Source of the DNA: Candidatus Nanoarchaeia archaeon
GTDB taxonomy: Archaea > Nanobdellota > Nanobdellia > SCGC-AAA011-G17 > JACPNG01
Assembly: GCA_028714095.1 (NCBI GenBank)
Contig: JAQTMY010000002.1
Span: forward strand, 14,636-78,635
Direction of reading: 5' to 3'
Length of the DNA: 64,000 nt
A program made the position numbers and the translations under genes. The notes beneath the pieces were generated by a model. It was not told the origin of the DNA, did no database searches, and saw only the letters and a list, made by a program, of their open reading frames with translations. Below, piece by piece: positions 19,766 through 30,036 of the stretch (position 1 is the stretch's first letter; the number at the start of each line of letters is the position of its first letter).

Positions 19766-21907
19766 TTGGTTGATAAAATAAGAAAAAGAGATGGGAGAAT
19801 AGTTCAGTTTGACCAGAATAAAATAACTGAAGCTTTATTTAAGGCATTCAAGGCCGTTGGTCAGCCAGATATTGATGAAGCAAAAAGACTTTCTAAGAAA
19901 GTAATGGACATTGTTGAATACACTTTTGATCATGAAATTCCTTCTGTTGAAGAAATTCAGGATATTGTTGAAAAAGTTTTGGTTAAAGCAGGCCACTATA
20001 AGGTTTCTAAAGCATACATATTATACAGAAGCCAGAGAGCAAAGATAAGAGAAACAAAAGGCACTATGCTTGATGTTACAAAAATCTTGTCAGAATATCT
20101 AAACAAGCAGGACTGGAGAGTCCAGGAAAACAGCAATGAACAGTTTTCTTTTTCAGGTTTATTATTATATACCGCAGGAAAAGTGATTGCTAACTATGCC
20201 TTGAATGATATCTATACCCCGGAAATAGCAGAATCACATAAGAAAGGATATTTCCACATCCATGATCTAAATCATGGTTTTATTGGATATTGTGCAGGAT
20301 GGTCCTTGAAAAATCTATTAGTCAGAGGTTTTGGGGGAGTAGCAAACAAAGTTGACGCAAGGCCGGCCAAGCATATGGATGTTGTTGTTCATCAGATGGT
20401 AAACTACATAGGATGTTTGCAAATGGAGTTTGCAGGAGCTCAGGCATTTTCATCTGTTGATACATTATTGGCTCCATTTGTAAGAGCAGACAATATGACC
20501 TATAAGCAAATAAGACAGGATATGCAGAAGCTTGTTTATTCTTTAAATATCCCCTCAAGGTGGGGTTCCCAATATCCTTTCTCTAATTTAACTTTTGATT
20601 GGGTTGTTCCAGAAGATATGAGGGACGAACCAGCAATAGTTGGGGGAGAACCACAAAATTATACTTACGGAGAATTGCAGAGAGAGATGGATATGATAAA
20701 TAAAGCATTTCTAGAGATTATGGAGGAAGGAGATGCAAAAGGAGCCATATTTACCTTTCCAATCCCAACCTACAATATAACAAAAGACTTTGATTGGAAT
20801 TCAGAAAATGCCAATTTGTTGTTTAAGGTTACAGCCAAATATGGAATCCCATATTTCCAGAATTATGTTGGCTCTGAGTTAGATCCGAGAGCAGTAAGAG
20901 CTATGTGCTGCAGGCTTAACCTAAATCAAAAGGAATTGATGAACAGGCCAGGAAATATGTGGGGGCCAGGGGATAACACAGGTTCTTTAGGAGTTGTAAC
21001 ATTAAACCTTAACAGGCTTGGTTACGAAGCCAAGAATAAAGAGCATTTCTATGAAAAATTAAGTTACTACATGGATTTAGCTAAAGATTCATTGGAAATT
21101 AAAAGAAAGATTGTGGATAAAAATCTTGAAAATGGTTTAATGCCCTACACCAAAGTTTATCTTGGAACATTCAGAAATCATTTCTCTACAATTGGATTAT
21201 GCGGGATGAATGAGTGTTGTGTTAATTTCCTTGGAAAAGATATTTCAACAAAAGAAGGATCAGACTTTGCAGTTGAAGTATTAAATTATATGAGGGAGAA
21301 ACTTAAGAAATATCAGCAGGAAACAAACAATTTGTATAACCTAGAGGCAACACCTGCAGAAAGTACATCATACAGATTAGCAAAATTAGACAAGGAGATG
21401 TATCCAAATATTATTACCGCAGGAGAAGAAGCACCATTCTTGACAAACTCAACATTCCTGCCAGTAAACAAAACAGATGACCTTTGGTTTGCCTTGGAGC
21501 ATCAGAATAAGATACAGCCATTGTACACAGGAGGAACAATTTTCCATACCTTTGTTGGGGAAAGAATAAGTGATTCAGAAACATGCAAGGAGTTAGTAAG
21601 AAAAATTGCTCATAACACAAGACTGCCTTACTTTAGCATAACTCCAACATTTAGTGTATGCAAATCCCATGGATATCTTAATGGGGAGAAACCAACATGT
21701 CCTAAATGCGGAGAGGAGACAGAGGTTTATTCCAGAATTGTAGGTTATTTTAGGCCTGTAAAAAAATGGAATATAGGGAAAAAAGAGGAGTGGAAATATA
21801 GAGTTCCTTACAAAGTAGATATTAAGATTGAAAAACCTAATGGAGGATTTGAGAATGAAAATAAGAATCAAGAGATTAGACAAAGAGCTACCATTGCCGG
21901 TTTATGA
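19766..21907 (+). CDS. nrdD: Anaerobic ribonucleoside-triphosphate reductase (class III)
   Basis: The C-terminal glycyl-radical motif is SRIVGYFRP. The Zn site is CPKCGEE. TTG start. Confidence 0.9.
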   Translation: MVDKIRKRDGRIVQFDQNKITEALFKAFKAVGQPDIDEAKRLSKKVMDIVEYTFDHEIPSVEEIQDIVEKVLVKAGHYKVSKAYILYRSQRAKIRETKGTMLDVTKILSEYLNKQDWRVQENSNEQFSFSGLLLYTAGKVIANYALNDIYTPEIAESHKKGYFHIHDLNHGFIGYCAGWSLKNLLVRGFGGVANKVDARPAKHMDVVVHQMVNYIGCLQMEFAGAQAFSSVDTLLAPFVRADNMTYKQIRQDMQKLVYSLNIPSRWGSQYPFSNLTFDWVVPEDMRDEPAIVGGEPQNYTYGELQREMDMINKAFLEIMEEGDAKGAIFTFPIPTYNITKDFDWNSENANLLFKVTAKYGIPYFQNYVGSELDPRAVRAMCCRLNLNQKELMNRPGNMWGPGDNTGSLGVVTLNLNRLGYEAKNKEHFYEKLSYYMDLAKDSLEIKRKIVDKNLENGLMPYTKVYLGTFRNHFSTIGLCGMNECCVNFLGKDISTKEGSDFAVEVLNYMREKLKKYQQETNNLYNLEATPAESTSYRLAKLDKEMYPNIITAGEEAPFLTNSTFLPVNKTDDLWFALEHQNKIQPLYTGGTIFHTFVGERISDSETCKELVRKIAHNTRLPYFSITPTFSVCKSHGYLNGEKPTCPKCGEETEVYSRIVGYFRPVKKWNIGKKEEWKYRVPYKVDIKIEKPNGGFENENKNQEIRQRATIAGL

Positions 21908-22286
21908 AACAAAAGGAGCAGTTGGTTTTGATATACTAGCTAGAGAAAAAACAATTATTGAACCAAACTCAATTAGTTTAATTCCTGGCAATGTTGTTGT
22001 CGAGACTCCAAAGGGCTATATGTTGTTGTTGGCATTAAGAAGCAGTACACCAAAGAAAAAAGGACTGTTAAAACCTCATGGAGTTGGCATAATAGACAAT
22101 GACTACTGTGGGGATGGTGATGAACTAAAAGTTCAGGTCTATAACTTCAATAAAGTTCCTGCGGTTATTGAGAAAGGGGAAAAAGTGGCTCAGGGAATTT
22201 TTGTTAAGGTGGATAGATTTGAATGGCAGGAAGTTGATAGCATGAATAACAAGACAAGGGGTGGATTTGGAAGCACAGACAAATGA
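21855..22286 (+). CDS. dut: dUTP diphosphatase (trimeric dUTPase/dCTP deaminase family)
   Basis: Motifs GIIDNDYCG and RGGFGSTD. The start was trimmed to MKIRIKR and overlaps the 3' end of nrdD. Confidence 0.75.
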   Translation: MKIRIKRLDKELPLPVYETKGAVGFDILAREKTIIEPNSISLIPGNVVVETPKGYMLLLALRSSTPKKKGLLKPHGVGIIDNDYCGDGDELKVQVYNFNKVPAVIEKGEKVAQGIFVKVDRFEWQEVDSMNNKTRGGFGSTDK

Positions 22287-22957
22287 AAATTGTTTCTTTC
22301 TTGCCCTCTTCTTTTATTGATTATCCTGGAAAATTAGCCTCAGTAATTTTTACCTCTGGCTGTAATTTTAGATGTGGTTTTTGTCATAATAAAGAAATAG
22401 TTGAAAATAAACTGCCTTTAATTCCTGAAGAGGAAATTCTTGAAAAATTAAATCCTAAATGGATTTATGGGGTAGTCATAACTGGAGGAGAGCCAACTCT
22501 TCAGAATGATCTGGATTTATTCATTAAAAAAATAAAGGAAAAAGGACTGAAAATTAAACTTGACACAAACGGCTCTAATCCAGAAATGTTAAAAGAGTTA
22601 ATCAATAATAAATTACTTGATTATATTGCAATGGACATTAAAGGCTCTGTTGATAATTACAAGAAAATTTCTGGCTATGACAACATAAAGAACATTAAAG
22701 AGAGTATTTCCTTAATTAAAAATTCAAAGATTGATTATATGTTCAGAACAACTTTAGTCCCTTCAATCCATGATAAGAAAGAGTTGCTTAATTTAGTTAA
22801 ATTAATCAAAGGAGCTAAAACCTTCCAGCTCCAGAGATTTGATTCAGATAATACCTTAAATGTTAAGTTCAGCAAGCAAAAAAGCTATAGTGAAGAGGAA
22901 TTATTAAAATTCAAAGATTTAATAAAGAATGAATTTATTACAGTTAATGTGGTTTAA
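22283..22957 (+). CDS. nrdG: Anaerobic RNR activating protein (radical SAM)
   Basis: CNFRCGFCHN is a CxxxCxxC motif. GGEPTLQ is also present. Confidence 0.85.
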   Translation: MKIVSFLPSSFIDYPGKLASVIFTSGCNFRCGFCHNKEIVENKLPLIPEEEILEKLNPKWIYGVVITGGEPTLQNDLDLFIKKIKEKGLKIKLDTNGSNPEMLKELINNKLLDYIAMDIKGSVDNYKKISGYDNIKNIKESISLIKNSKIDYMFRTTLVPSIHDKKELLNLVKLIKGAKTFQLQRFDSDNTLNVKFSKQKSYSEEELLKFKDLIKNEFITVNVV

Positions 22958-23147
22958 GATGGCAAAAATAAATAAAAATACCAAAATAGGGGACATATTG
23001 GAAAAGCATCCAGATAAGGTTAAAATTTTATTTAAGTATGGACTGCATTGCATTGGATGTTCTGTAGCTAATCAGGAAACTTTGGAAGAAGCAACAGCAG
23101 CTCATGGAATTAATCTAAAAGCCTTGCTTAAGGAATTGAATGAATAA
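22929..23147 (+). CDS. DUF1858-like small redox/disulfide domain protein
   Basis: IGDILEKHPDKVKILFKYGLHCIGCSVANQETLEEATAAHGINLKAL resembles the DUF1858 domain. Confidence 0.5.
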   Translation: MNLLQLMWFKMAKINKNTKIGDILEKHPDKVKILFKYGLHCIGCSVANQETLEEATAAHGINLKALLKELNE

Positions 23148-23156
23148 TTTTTAGAG

Positions 23157-23969
23157 TCAGGCTGAATATCTATCCCCTAAATTAATCCAGTTTTCTTCTT
23201 TAATCTTTTCTAGAATGTCTGAATGTAGTGTAGGATCCCAATGCGATAAATTTTCATTTAGGTAATCTTCGGCATTTCCGCCTTCTTGTTTGCTTCTTCC
23301 TTGTGCAAAATTGTAAGCTATGGCTGCAAGAGCATATTTAGTCCTATTCATAAGATCAGGGAAGACCTTATAGAAATTTGTTCTAATCTCAAGAGGTGAG
23401 TATTTGGGATCAACTACAGCCAAACTTAACCAAAACTCGCTTTTAGTATTAGGTATAAGTTCAGAAAAGGTTTTCCATTCAGGATTTTTCTTTAACCATT
23501 CGACATATTCTGCAGCACCACACCAATAAAAAGAACGATTTATAATTATATCAGAAACCAGCTGTGGCTCATTAACTAATTCAACATGGTTTTGAGCATA
23601 AACATAATTTAATGTATCCAAGAAACCAAGGCATTCTAATAAACTCTCTTTTCGAACCTCCTTTTCTAATGAAGGATACATAATCCCTATAATATTAATC
23701 AGGGGGGTAGTCCAATCCTGATTTGGCCCACCTGCAATAGACTCTACAAAGACACTTTCTGAATTATAATGCCTTATTTTGTACATATACTCTTGAAATT
23801 TTTTTATTGCAGTATTTGGGTCTTTTAGCATAAGTTCATAATAATCACTTACGGTTTCATTAACATAATCATTTATAGCCCCTAGAGTAGAAGTAATATC
23901 TTTGAATATTTCTTTCTGTTTCTTTTCCCTAATTTTTTCTTGGAAATTAATGATTTCTGCTTCTTCCAT
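23157..23969 (-). CDS. Hypothetical protein
   Basis: ORF of 270 aa with no recognisable motifs. Confidence 0.3.
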   Translation of the reverse strand: MEEAEIINFQEKIREKKQKEIFKDITSTLGAINDYVNETVSDYYELMLKDPNTAIKKFQEYMYKIRHYNSESVFVESIAGGPNQDWTTPLINIIGIMYPSLEKEVRKESLLECLGFLDTLNYVYAQNHVELVNEPQLVSDIIINRSFYWCGAAEYVEWLKKNPEWKTFSELIPNTKSEFWLSLAVVDPKYSPLEIRTNFYKVFPDLMNRTKYALAAIAYNFAQGRSKQEGGNAEDYLNENLSHWDPTLHSDILEKIKEENWINLGDRYSA

Positions 23970-24180
23970 TTACATTCTCCTTTATGATCTTAAACGCCAA
24001 GACCCAAGATATATAAGTCTTTAGATTCTTTTTTCATTTCCTTTGGAGATGACATCTAATTTAGTAACATAGCTTTAACCAAAACCTTTTTAAACAAAAC
24101 CTATATTCTCCAGGCTATGGATTATGTAAGATATCATAGTTAAGTTCTGAATTTATTCTTATAGTCCATTCTAAATTAAA

Positions 24181-25125
24181 ATGCAAAAAATTAAAGATCT
24201 AAAATGGGAACCCGGTATAACAGTAAACGATTTTGTTAGAGGATTAACTAGTGTTGGGTTCCAAGGAACAGAAGCAGGAAAAGCAGTTGATGTAATTCTT
24301 AAGATGAAAAAATCAGGCTCAAAGATATTCTTGACATTTACATCAAATATGGTAACATCAGGATTAAGAGGTTTATTCGCTCAGTTAATAAAATTAAAAT
24401 TAGTTGATGTTATTATCACTACAGTAGGTTCTGTAGAAGAAGACATAATGAGGGCAAAGGGAGAATCTTTCTTAGTAAGCAGTTTTTATTCAGATGATTT
24501 GTCCTTGCATGAAAGAGGGATGAACAGAGTAGGAAACATTCTTGTTCCTAATGAATCTTATTGTAATTTTGAGGATGAAATAAATGTAATCCTGGATGAA
24601 ATTTACAAAAAACAGCAGAAGTTTGCGGTTTCAGAATTATTAAGAGAAATAGGCTCTAAACTTAATGATGAAGATTCAATCTTATACCAAGCATATAAAA
24701 ACAACGTTCCTGTTTTCTGTCCTGCAATAACAGATGGGGCGTTTGGATTCCATTTATATTTGTTCCAGCAAAAACATAATGATTTTTCTGTAGATATAAT
24801 AAAAGACTTTGAAAACATTTTGTTCTCAACAAGCTATGATGAAAAGAAAGGATTGATTGCCTTAGGCGGAGGAGTTTCAAAGCATCATGCTTTATTAGCA
24901 AATTTACTTAATGGAGGATTGGATTACGCTGTTTACATTACCACTGAGCATCAGAGTTCTGGAAGTATGAGCGGGGCTACAACCCAGGAAGCTAAAAGTT
25001 GGGGTAAGATAAAAGATGATAGTGATGCAGCAACAATACATGGAGAAGTCTCAATTATATTTCCTTTGGTTATTTTTAGAGTTTTAGAATCATTAAACAA
25101 GGAGAATTTATTAAAAAATGGCTAA
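24181..25125 (+). CDS. dys: Deoxyhypusine synthase
   Basis: Full-length similarity to deoxyhypusine synthase, including the NAD-binding GG/TSN regions. An archaeal/eukaryal enzyme. Confidence 0.85.
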   Translation: MQKIKDLKWEPGITVNDFVRGLTSVGFQGTEAGKAVDVILKMKKSGSKIFLTFTSNMVTSGLRGLFAQLIKLKLVDVIITTVGSVEEDIMRAKGESFLVSSFYSDDLSLHERGMNRVGNILVPNESYCNFEDEINVILDEIYKKQQKFAVSELLREIGSKLNDEDSILYQAYKNNVPVFCPAITDGAFGFHLYLFQQKHNDFSVDIIKDFENILFSTSYDEKKGLIALGGGVSKHHALLANLLNGGLDYAVYITTEHQSSGSMSGATTQEAKSWGKIKDDSDAATIHGEVSIIFPLVIFRVLESLNKENLLKNG

Positions 25126-26134
25126 ATTTATTTTATACAAGAACAAGGTAATAGAACAATATAATTCCTTAAACAAAATAAACGCAAGAATCTTATATAG
25201 TGTAAAAACAAACCCCCTTCTTGCTCCAATTCTTGAACATAATACAGATTCTGAATTTAATTGTTCTTCATTAAAGGAAGCAAATCTTGTTAATGATAAA
25301 TCCAGGATATGGTATCACTCCCAGTTACTGGATAATCTTGATTTGATATTTTCCTTAGGGATTAGAAAATTTGTTGTTGAGGATTTACATGACCTGGATT
25401 TATTAATAGATTATATTCAAAAAAATAATCATAAGATAGATTTATTGTTGAGAATGAAGTTGAAGGAAAACACAATATTTACTGGCAGATTTTATGTTTT
25501 TGGAATGGAATCTAAGATTGTCAATGAAAAAATAAAAGAGCTAAGGGGCAATAGAAACATAAACAAGATAGGAATACATTTTCACAGAAAAAGCCAGAAT
25601 GTTTCTGAATGGTCTTTGAAACATGAAATTAAGGATTCAATAACAGAAGAAACCTTGAAGAATATAGATTTCCTGAACATCGGGGGCGGTTTACCAATAA
25701 ACTACAAGAATTCAAGATCCGATATTTTGTCTACGATAATTCCAAAGCTTATTGACCTAGTTTCCTGGCTGAAAGGATATAACATAGAAACAATAATTGA
25801 GCCAGGGAGATACATTTCAGGTCCTTCAGTAGAATTGGAAACAGAAATAAAAAAAGTATCTGGAAGAGACATTATTGTTGATTGCTCTGTGTATAATACA
25901 ACAATGGATACATTGATTGTTCCTATAAAATTGATTGTTAAGAACGAACTTGAAAAAGCAGGAAAGAGTTATGTAATCAAAGGATGTACTCCTTGCTCTA
26001 TGGATATCTTCAGGTATGACATAAAACTACAGAACCCAAAGGTAGGAGATAAATTAATTTTTATCAATGCCGGAGCTTATAATTTTGCAACAGACTTCTG
26101 TATGTTAAATAAAATTGAAACAATTGTTTTATAA
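25118..26134 (+). CDS. PLP-dependent Orn/DAP/Arg decarboxylase-fold protein (divergent)
   Basis: LYSVKTNP resembles the PLP-lysine motif and NIGGGLP resembles the Gly-rich motif. It overlaps dys by 8 nt. Confidence 0.5.
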   Translation: MAKFILYKNKVIEQYNSLNKINARILYSVKTNPLLAPILEHNTDSEFNCSSLKEANLVNDKSRIWYHSQLLDNLDLIFSLGIRKFVVEDLHDLDLLIDYIQKNNHKIDLLLRMKLKENTIFTGRFYVFGMESKIVNEKIKELRGNRNINKIGIHFHRKSQNVSEWSLKHEIKDSITEETLKNIDFLNIGGGLPINYKNSRSDILSTIIPKLIDLVSWLKGYNIETIIEPGRYISGPSVELETEIKKVSGRDIIVDCSVYNTTMDTLIVPIKLIVKNELEKAGKSYVIKGCTPCSMDIFRYDIKLQNPKVGDKLIFINAGAYNFATDFCMLNKIETIVL

Positions 26135-26893
26135 TTTATTCCACATTCTTCTTAATTTATCCTTACTGGTTAAAGAAAATTCTTTATCCTTCGCAAATAT
26201 TTCTAATGTTATTGTCCCATCATAATATTTTTTTAAGACTTTTAGTGTTTTTTCCCAGTTAATGTTTCCTGCTCCAATAGGTAAATGTTCATCTTCACTC
26301 CCATTGTTGTCATGCAGATGTACATGCCTTAATTCCTTGTTTAATTCTTTTATGTATTTAACAGGATTTCTTCCATATAGGTTAGAATGTCCAATGTCCA
26401 GATGAAAATGTAGCCCTGGAACTTTAGTTATTATCTTGGCTACAACCTCATAGCTCTCTTGTTTTTTTCCAACAGGCTCAAACATAATTTTTAGATTATA
26501 TTTCTTGGCTTCCCTTACCAGTTTAGTTAAAGATTCAACCTGAAACTTTATCCCGTCCTCAACAGAAAATAAACTAAAAGGCCAGTTTCCATGCACAGTT
26601 ATATATTTAACTCCTAATTTCTGGAATATTGGGAAATATCTAACTGCATCCTTGACCGAAGCCTCCCTTATTGCTTTCGAAGGCGATCCAGTCTGAAGAT
26701 AGGGTCCAGTATGCCCTACAGTTTCTAAATTGTATTTTTTTATTATCTTTTTTATCTTCTCAATCTTTATTTTTTCAGGAACAGCCATGTCTTCTTCTAA
26801 GAATAAATCAACAAAATCAAATCCACTTTTTCCAATCCACTCAACCTCCTCAACTAAATCTTTTCTTGGATTGTTGGGAAAACCGATTTTCAT
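26129..26893 (-). CDS. Sugar phosphate isomerase/epimerase (xylose isomerase-like TIM barrel)
   Basis: HLHDN...EHLPIGAGNI and other TIM-barrel motifs. Confidence 0.6.
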   Translation of the reverse strand: MKIGFPNNPRKDLVEEVEWIGKSGFDFVDLFLEEDMAVPEKIKIEKIKKIIKKYNLETVGHTGPYLQTGSPSKAIREASVKDAVRYFPIFQKLGVKYITVHGNWPFSLFSVEDGIKFQVESLTKLVREAKKYNLKIMFEPVGKKQESYEVVAKIITKVPGLHFHLDIGHSNLYGRNPVKYIKELNKELRHVHLHDNNGSEDEHLPIGAGNINWEKTLKVLKKYYDGTITLEIFAKDKEFSLTSKDKLRRMWNKL

Positions 26894-26976
26894 AAGGTTA
26901 ACTATCTATTTTAGTATATAAGTTTATCTCTCAGAAATATTTAAATAATGAAAAATATCACTAATCCTGATAAAAG

Positions 26977-27528
26977 ATGGATACATTAACTATTATTTTA
27001 ATTGTAATTGGAGTAGTTCTCTTAGCTCTTATCATACTTTATAATGGTTTAATAAGACTAAAGAACCAGGTTGCAAATGCATGGGCACAGATAGATGTCC
27101 AGCTGAAAAGACGTAATGATTTGATACCAAACCTTGTTGAGACAGTAAGAGGTTATATTAAATACGAAAAAACAATCTTGGAAAACATAACCAAGGCAAG
27201 AGCTTCTATAATGGAGTCAGATAGCTTGGAGAAAAAAGCAAAAGCCTCTAACGTTTTGACAGATTCTCTTAAATCATTATTTGCTGTTGCAGAAAATTAT
27301 CCAAAATTAAGGGCAAACCAAAGCTTCTTGCAGTTGCAGGAAGAACTGGCTGGGACAGAGAATAAGATAGCCTATGCAAGACAGAGCTACAATGATAGAG
27401 TTATGGAATTTAATACCAAAATGCAGAAATTCCCAAATAACTTGGTAGCTAAAACACTTGGTTTTAATCCAAGAGAGTTGTTCCAGGCAACAGAGAAAGA
27501 AAAGAAGAATATTGAGGTTAAATTTTAA
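26977..27528 (+). CDS. lemA: LemA family protein
   Basis: An N-terminal TM helix plus the LemA core (YNGLIRLKNQV...RRNDLIPNLVETV). Confidence 0.75.
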   Translation: MDTLTIILIVIGVVLLALIILYNGLIRLKNQVANAWAQIDVQLKRRNDLIPNLVETVRGYIKYEKTILENITKARASIMESDSLEKKAKASNVLTDSLKSLFAVAENYPKLRANQSFLQLQEELAGTENKIAYARQSYNDRVMEFNTKMQKFPNNLVAKTLGFNPRELFQATEKEKKNIEVKF

Positions 27529-27598
27529 CCTTTATTTTTTAATTTATATATAGAAAGATAAGCAACTATAAAAAAGAGGCTTTCTCAAAGTAATAGGC

Positions 27599-28168
27599 AT
27601 GCATTCCCACATCGTTCATGAAACTATTAATTTAAACCCAAATATTAAGAAAGGTTCTGAAAGATATAATCAGATTATTAGTAAAGCAGAAATTAGGCCT
27701 TTCTTAATAAGAAATATAAGTTATTTCCAGGGAAAGAACATTTTAGATCTTGAAGCTCAAGCTCTCCCAATGCGTGAACTGCTAGAAAAAAAAGGGGTTT
27801 ACTTTCCAATTATATCTCGTGAGGGAACCAATGAAACTGGAATTGTCCATGAAGGAGCTGAGATGATTGCAGACTATGAAAAAAATAAACTTCCTTTTCC
27901 AGAATTTGTAGATGTTGTTTTATCTTTATTTAATTTCCCAAATAATCTTGAAAATGTTATTAAATGTTTAGCTCCTGATGGTATTTTGATACATGCTTCT
28001 CCTCCCGATTGGTTTAATTCGCAGGGGATTAATGAAAAACTTGCATCTTATTTTAAAAATATCAAATGTGATTTTTATGATATTAAGATTACCCAGAAAA
28101 AGGAAACAATACAAAGTTTAGGATACATCTTCGCTACAGCTTCTGAACCTCTTTCAAGAATTCATTAA
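27599..28168 (+). CDS. Hypothetical protein, possibly a class I SAM-methyltransferase fold
   Basis: NILDLEA...DVVLSLFNF...LAPDGILI. Confidence 0.3.
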   Translation: MHSHIVHETINLNPNIKKGSERYNQIISKAEIRPFLIRNISYFQGKNILDLEAQALPMRELLEKKGVYFPIISREGTNETGIVHEGAEMIADYEKNKLPFPEFVDVVLSLFNFPNNLENVIKCLAPDGILIHASPPDWFNSQGINEKLASYFKNIKCDFYDIKITQKKETIQSLGYIFATASEPLSRIH

Positions 28169-28225
28169 CCTATTCTTAATTTATTTTGAAAACCTTTAAA
28201 TATTGCTAATCTTGACTCTTTTTGT

Positions 28226-29119
28226 ATGAAACTAAATGTTTTTAATGAAGTTAGAAACAACAAGATTAGATCGTTCTTTATTATGTCCTTCTTCATAGTC
28301 CTGATCGGTATTATTGGAGGGGCTTTAGGAGTTTTCTATGATAACTTTTATTTTGGTTTAATTATAGCAATTATTGCTGCAATAATCTACACTTTAATTG
28401 TTTTCAATTCAGGAGATTTAATGATATTAAAGTTATCAAAGGCAAAAGAAGCAACAAAAGCAGATTATCCTTATTTATTTCATACCATTGAAGGATTGGC
28501 AATAGCTGCAAATATTCCTAAACCAAAAGCCTATGTAATTGAAGATGAATCATTGAACGCGTTTGCTACAGGCAAAGATCCAAAAAAGGCATCTATATGT
28601 GTGACAACAGGATTATTAAAAAAATTAAACAGGCAGGAATTAGAAGGGGTTATTGCCCATGAGATGAGCCATGTTAAGAACTATGACATAAGGGTTATGA
28701 TGTTGACAGCAGTTTTAGTTGGAATAACTGTTTTATTGTCTAACTTTTTGATTAGAAGCTTTATGTTTGGTTCCGGAGGAAATAAAGATAGTAAAAATAA
28801 TGTTGGAATTGTTTTGCTTATTGTTGGTTTTGTTTTAGCAATTTTAACTCCAGTATTTGCTGAATTAATTAAACTGGCTATTTCAAGGAAGAGAGAATAT
28901 ATGGCAGATGCATCTGCTGCTGTCTTGACAAGATATCCCCCTGGATTGGCCAGTGCTTTGGAGAAAATAAAAGATTCAACTCCAATGAAAAACCCTAACA
29001 AGGCTACAGCTCATTTATTTATAAATTCCCCTTTCAAAAAAACAAAGGGATTTGTTTCAAACTTATTTTCAACTCATCCTCCTATCGAGGAAAGGATTAG
29101 AAGATTAAGGGCGATGTAG
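28226..29119 (+). CDS. htpX: HtpX-like M48 zinc metalloprotease
   Basis: HEMSH zinc motif, TM helices, and a C-terminal HPP...ERI region. Confidence 0.8.
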   Translation: MKLNVFNEVRNNKIRSFFIMSFFIVLIGIIGGALGVFYDNFYFGLIIAIIAAIIYTLIVFNSGDLMILKLSKAKEATKADYPYLFHTIEGLAIAANIPKPKAYVIEDESLNAFATGKDPKKASICVTTGLLKKLNRQELEGVIAHEMSHVKNYDIRVMMLTAVLVGITVLLSNFLIRSFMFGSGGNKDSKNNVGIVLLIVGFVLAILTPVFAELIKLAISRKREYMADASAAVLTRYPPGLASALEKIKDSTPMKNPNKATAHLFINSPFKKTKGFVSNLFSTHPPIEERIRRLRAM

Positions 29120-29120
29120 A

Positions 29121-29579
29121 ATGAAAACATTAATTGTATATTATTCAAAAACAGGCAATACAAAGAAAGTTGCTGAAGAACTAAATAAACAGATTAAGGC
29201 AGATGTAGAAGAAATTATTGATACCAAAAAAAGATCTGGGATTCTTGGCTGGATATTAGGAGGGAGAGATGCAGTTCGCAATAAACTGACAAAAATAAAT
29301 CCAATAAAATATAACCCCGAAGACTATGATCTAGTTTTGATTGGAAGTCCGGTTTGGGGTTTTAAGGTTGTTCCTGCTATTAGGACTTATCTGACTGAAA
29401 ATAAATTTAAACAAGTAGCCTTCTTTTGCACAATGGATGGCTCTGGAGATGAAGGTACTTTCAAAAGCATGGAAGAAATTTCTAAAAAACCAATAGCAAC
29501 ATTAGCTGTAAAATCAAAAGAACTAGAACAAAATATTTTAGCAGACAAAATAAAGGAATTTATTGAAAAATGGAAATAA
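29121..29579 (+). CDS. Flavodoxin
   Basis: MKTLIVYYSKTGNTKKVAEEL is the FMN-binding loop. Confidence 0.7.
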   Translation: MKTLIVYYSKTGNTKKVAEELNKQIKADVEEIIDTKKRSGILGWILGGRDAVRNKLTKINPIKYNPEDYDLVLIGSPVWGFKVVPAIRTYLTENKFKQVAFFCTMDGSGDEGTFKSMEEISKKPIATLAVKSKELEQNILADKIKEFIEKWK

Positions 29580-30001
29580 TTTCAACATTCAGAAACAACG
29601 AGAAAATTCCTGATAAATATACCTGTAATGGTATGAACATAAATCCTCCAATAAAAATTATTGATTATCCTGAAAAAACAAAAAGTTTTGCTTTGATTGT
29701 TGATGATCCAGATGCCCCAGCAAAAACATGGGTTCATTGGATTGTTTTTAATATTACTAAACCAATTATAGAGGAAAATAGAAATCCATTTAATTCAAAA
29801 CGAGGAATTAATGATTCTAGAAAACTAGATTATTCAGGACCCTGCCCCCCATCAGGTACCCATAGGTATTTCTTCAAGGTTTATGCTCTAGATTGTTTAT
29901 TGGATTTCAATGAAGGAATCAATAAGGAAATGCTTGAAAAAGTAATGAGAAATCATATCCTGGCCAAGGCAGAATTAATAGGATTATATTCAAGAAAATA
30001 A
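29570..30001 (+). CDS. PEBP / YbhB-YbcL family protein
   Basis: DPDAP...HW and GP.PPSGTHRYFF motifs. Confidence 0.75.
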   Translation: MEIISTFRNNEKIPDKYTCNGMNINPPIKIIDYPEKTKSFALIVDDPDAPAKTWVHWIVFNITKPIIEENRNPFNSKRGINDSRKLDYSGPCPPSGTHRYFFKVYALDCLLDFNEGINKEMLEKVMRNHILAKAELIGLYSRK

Positions 30002-30036
30002 GCAATTTTAAATAACGTTAATTTCTTCTCATTTCT

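Noticed and set aside
24603-24901. Two minus-strand ORFs of 71 and 79 aa
   Set aside because: They are antisense within deoxyhypusine synthase.
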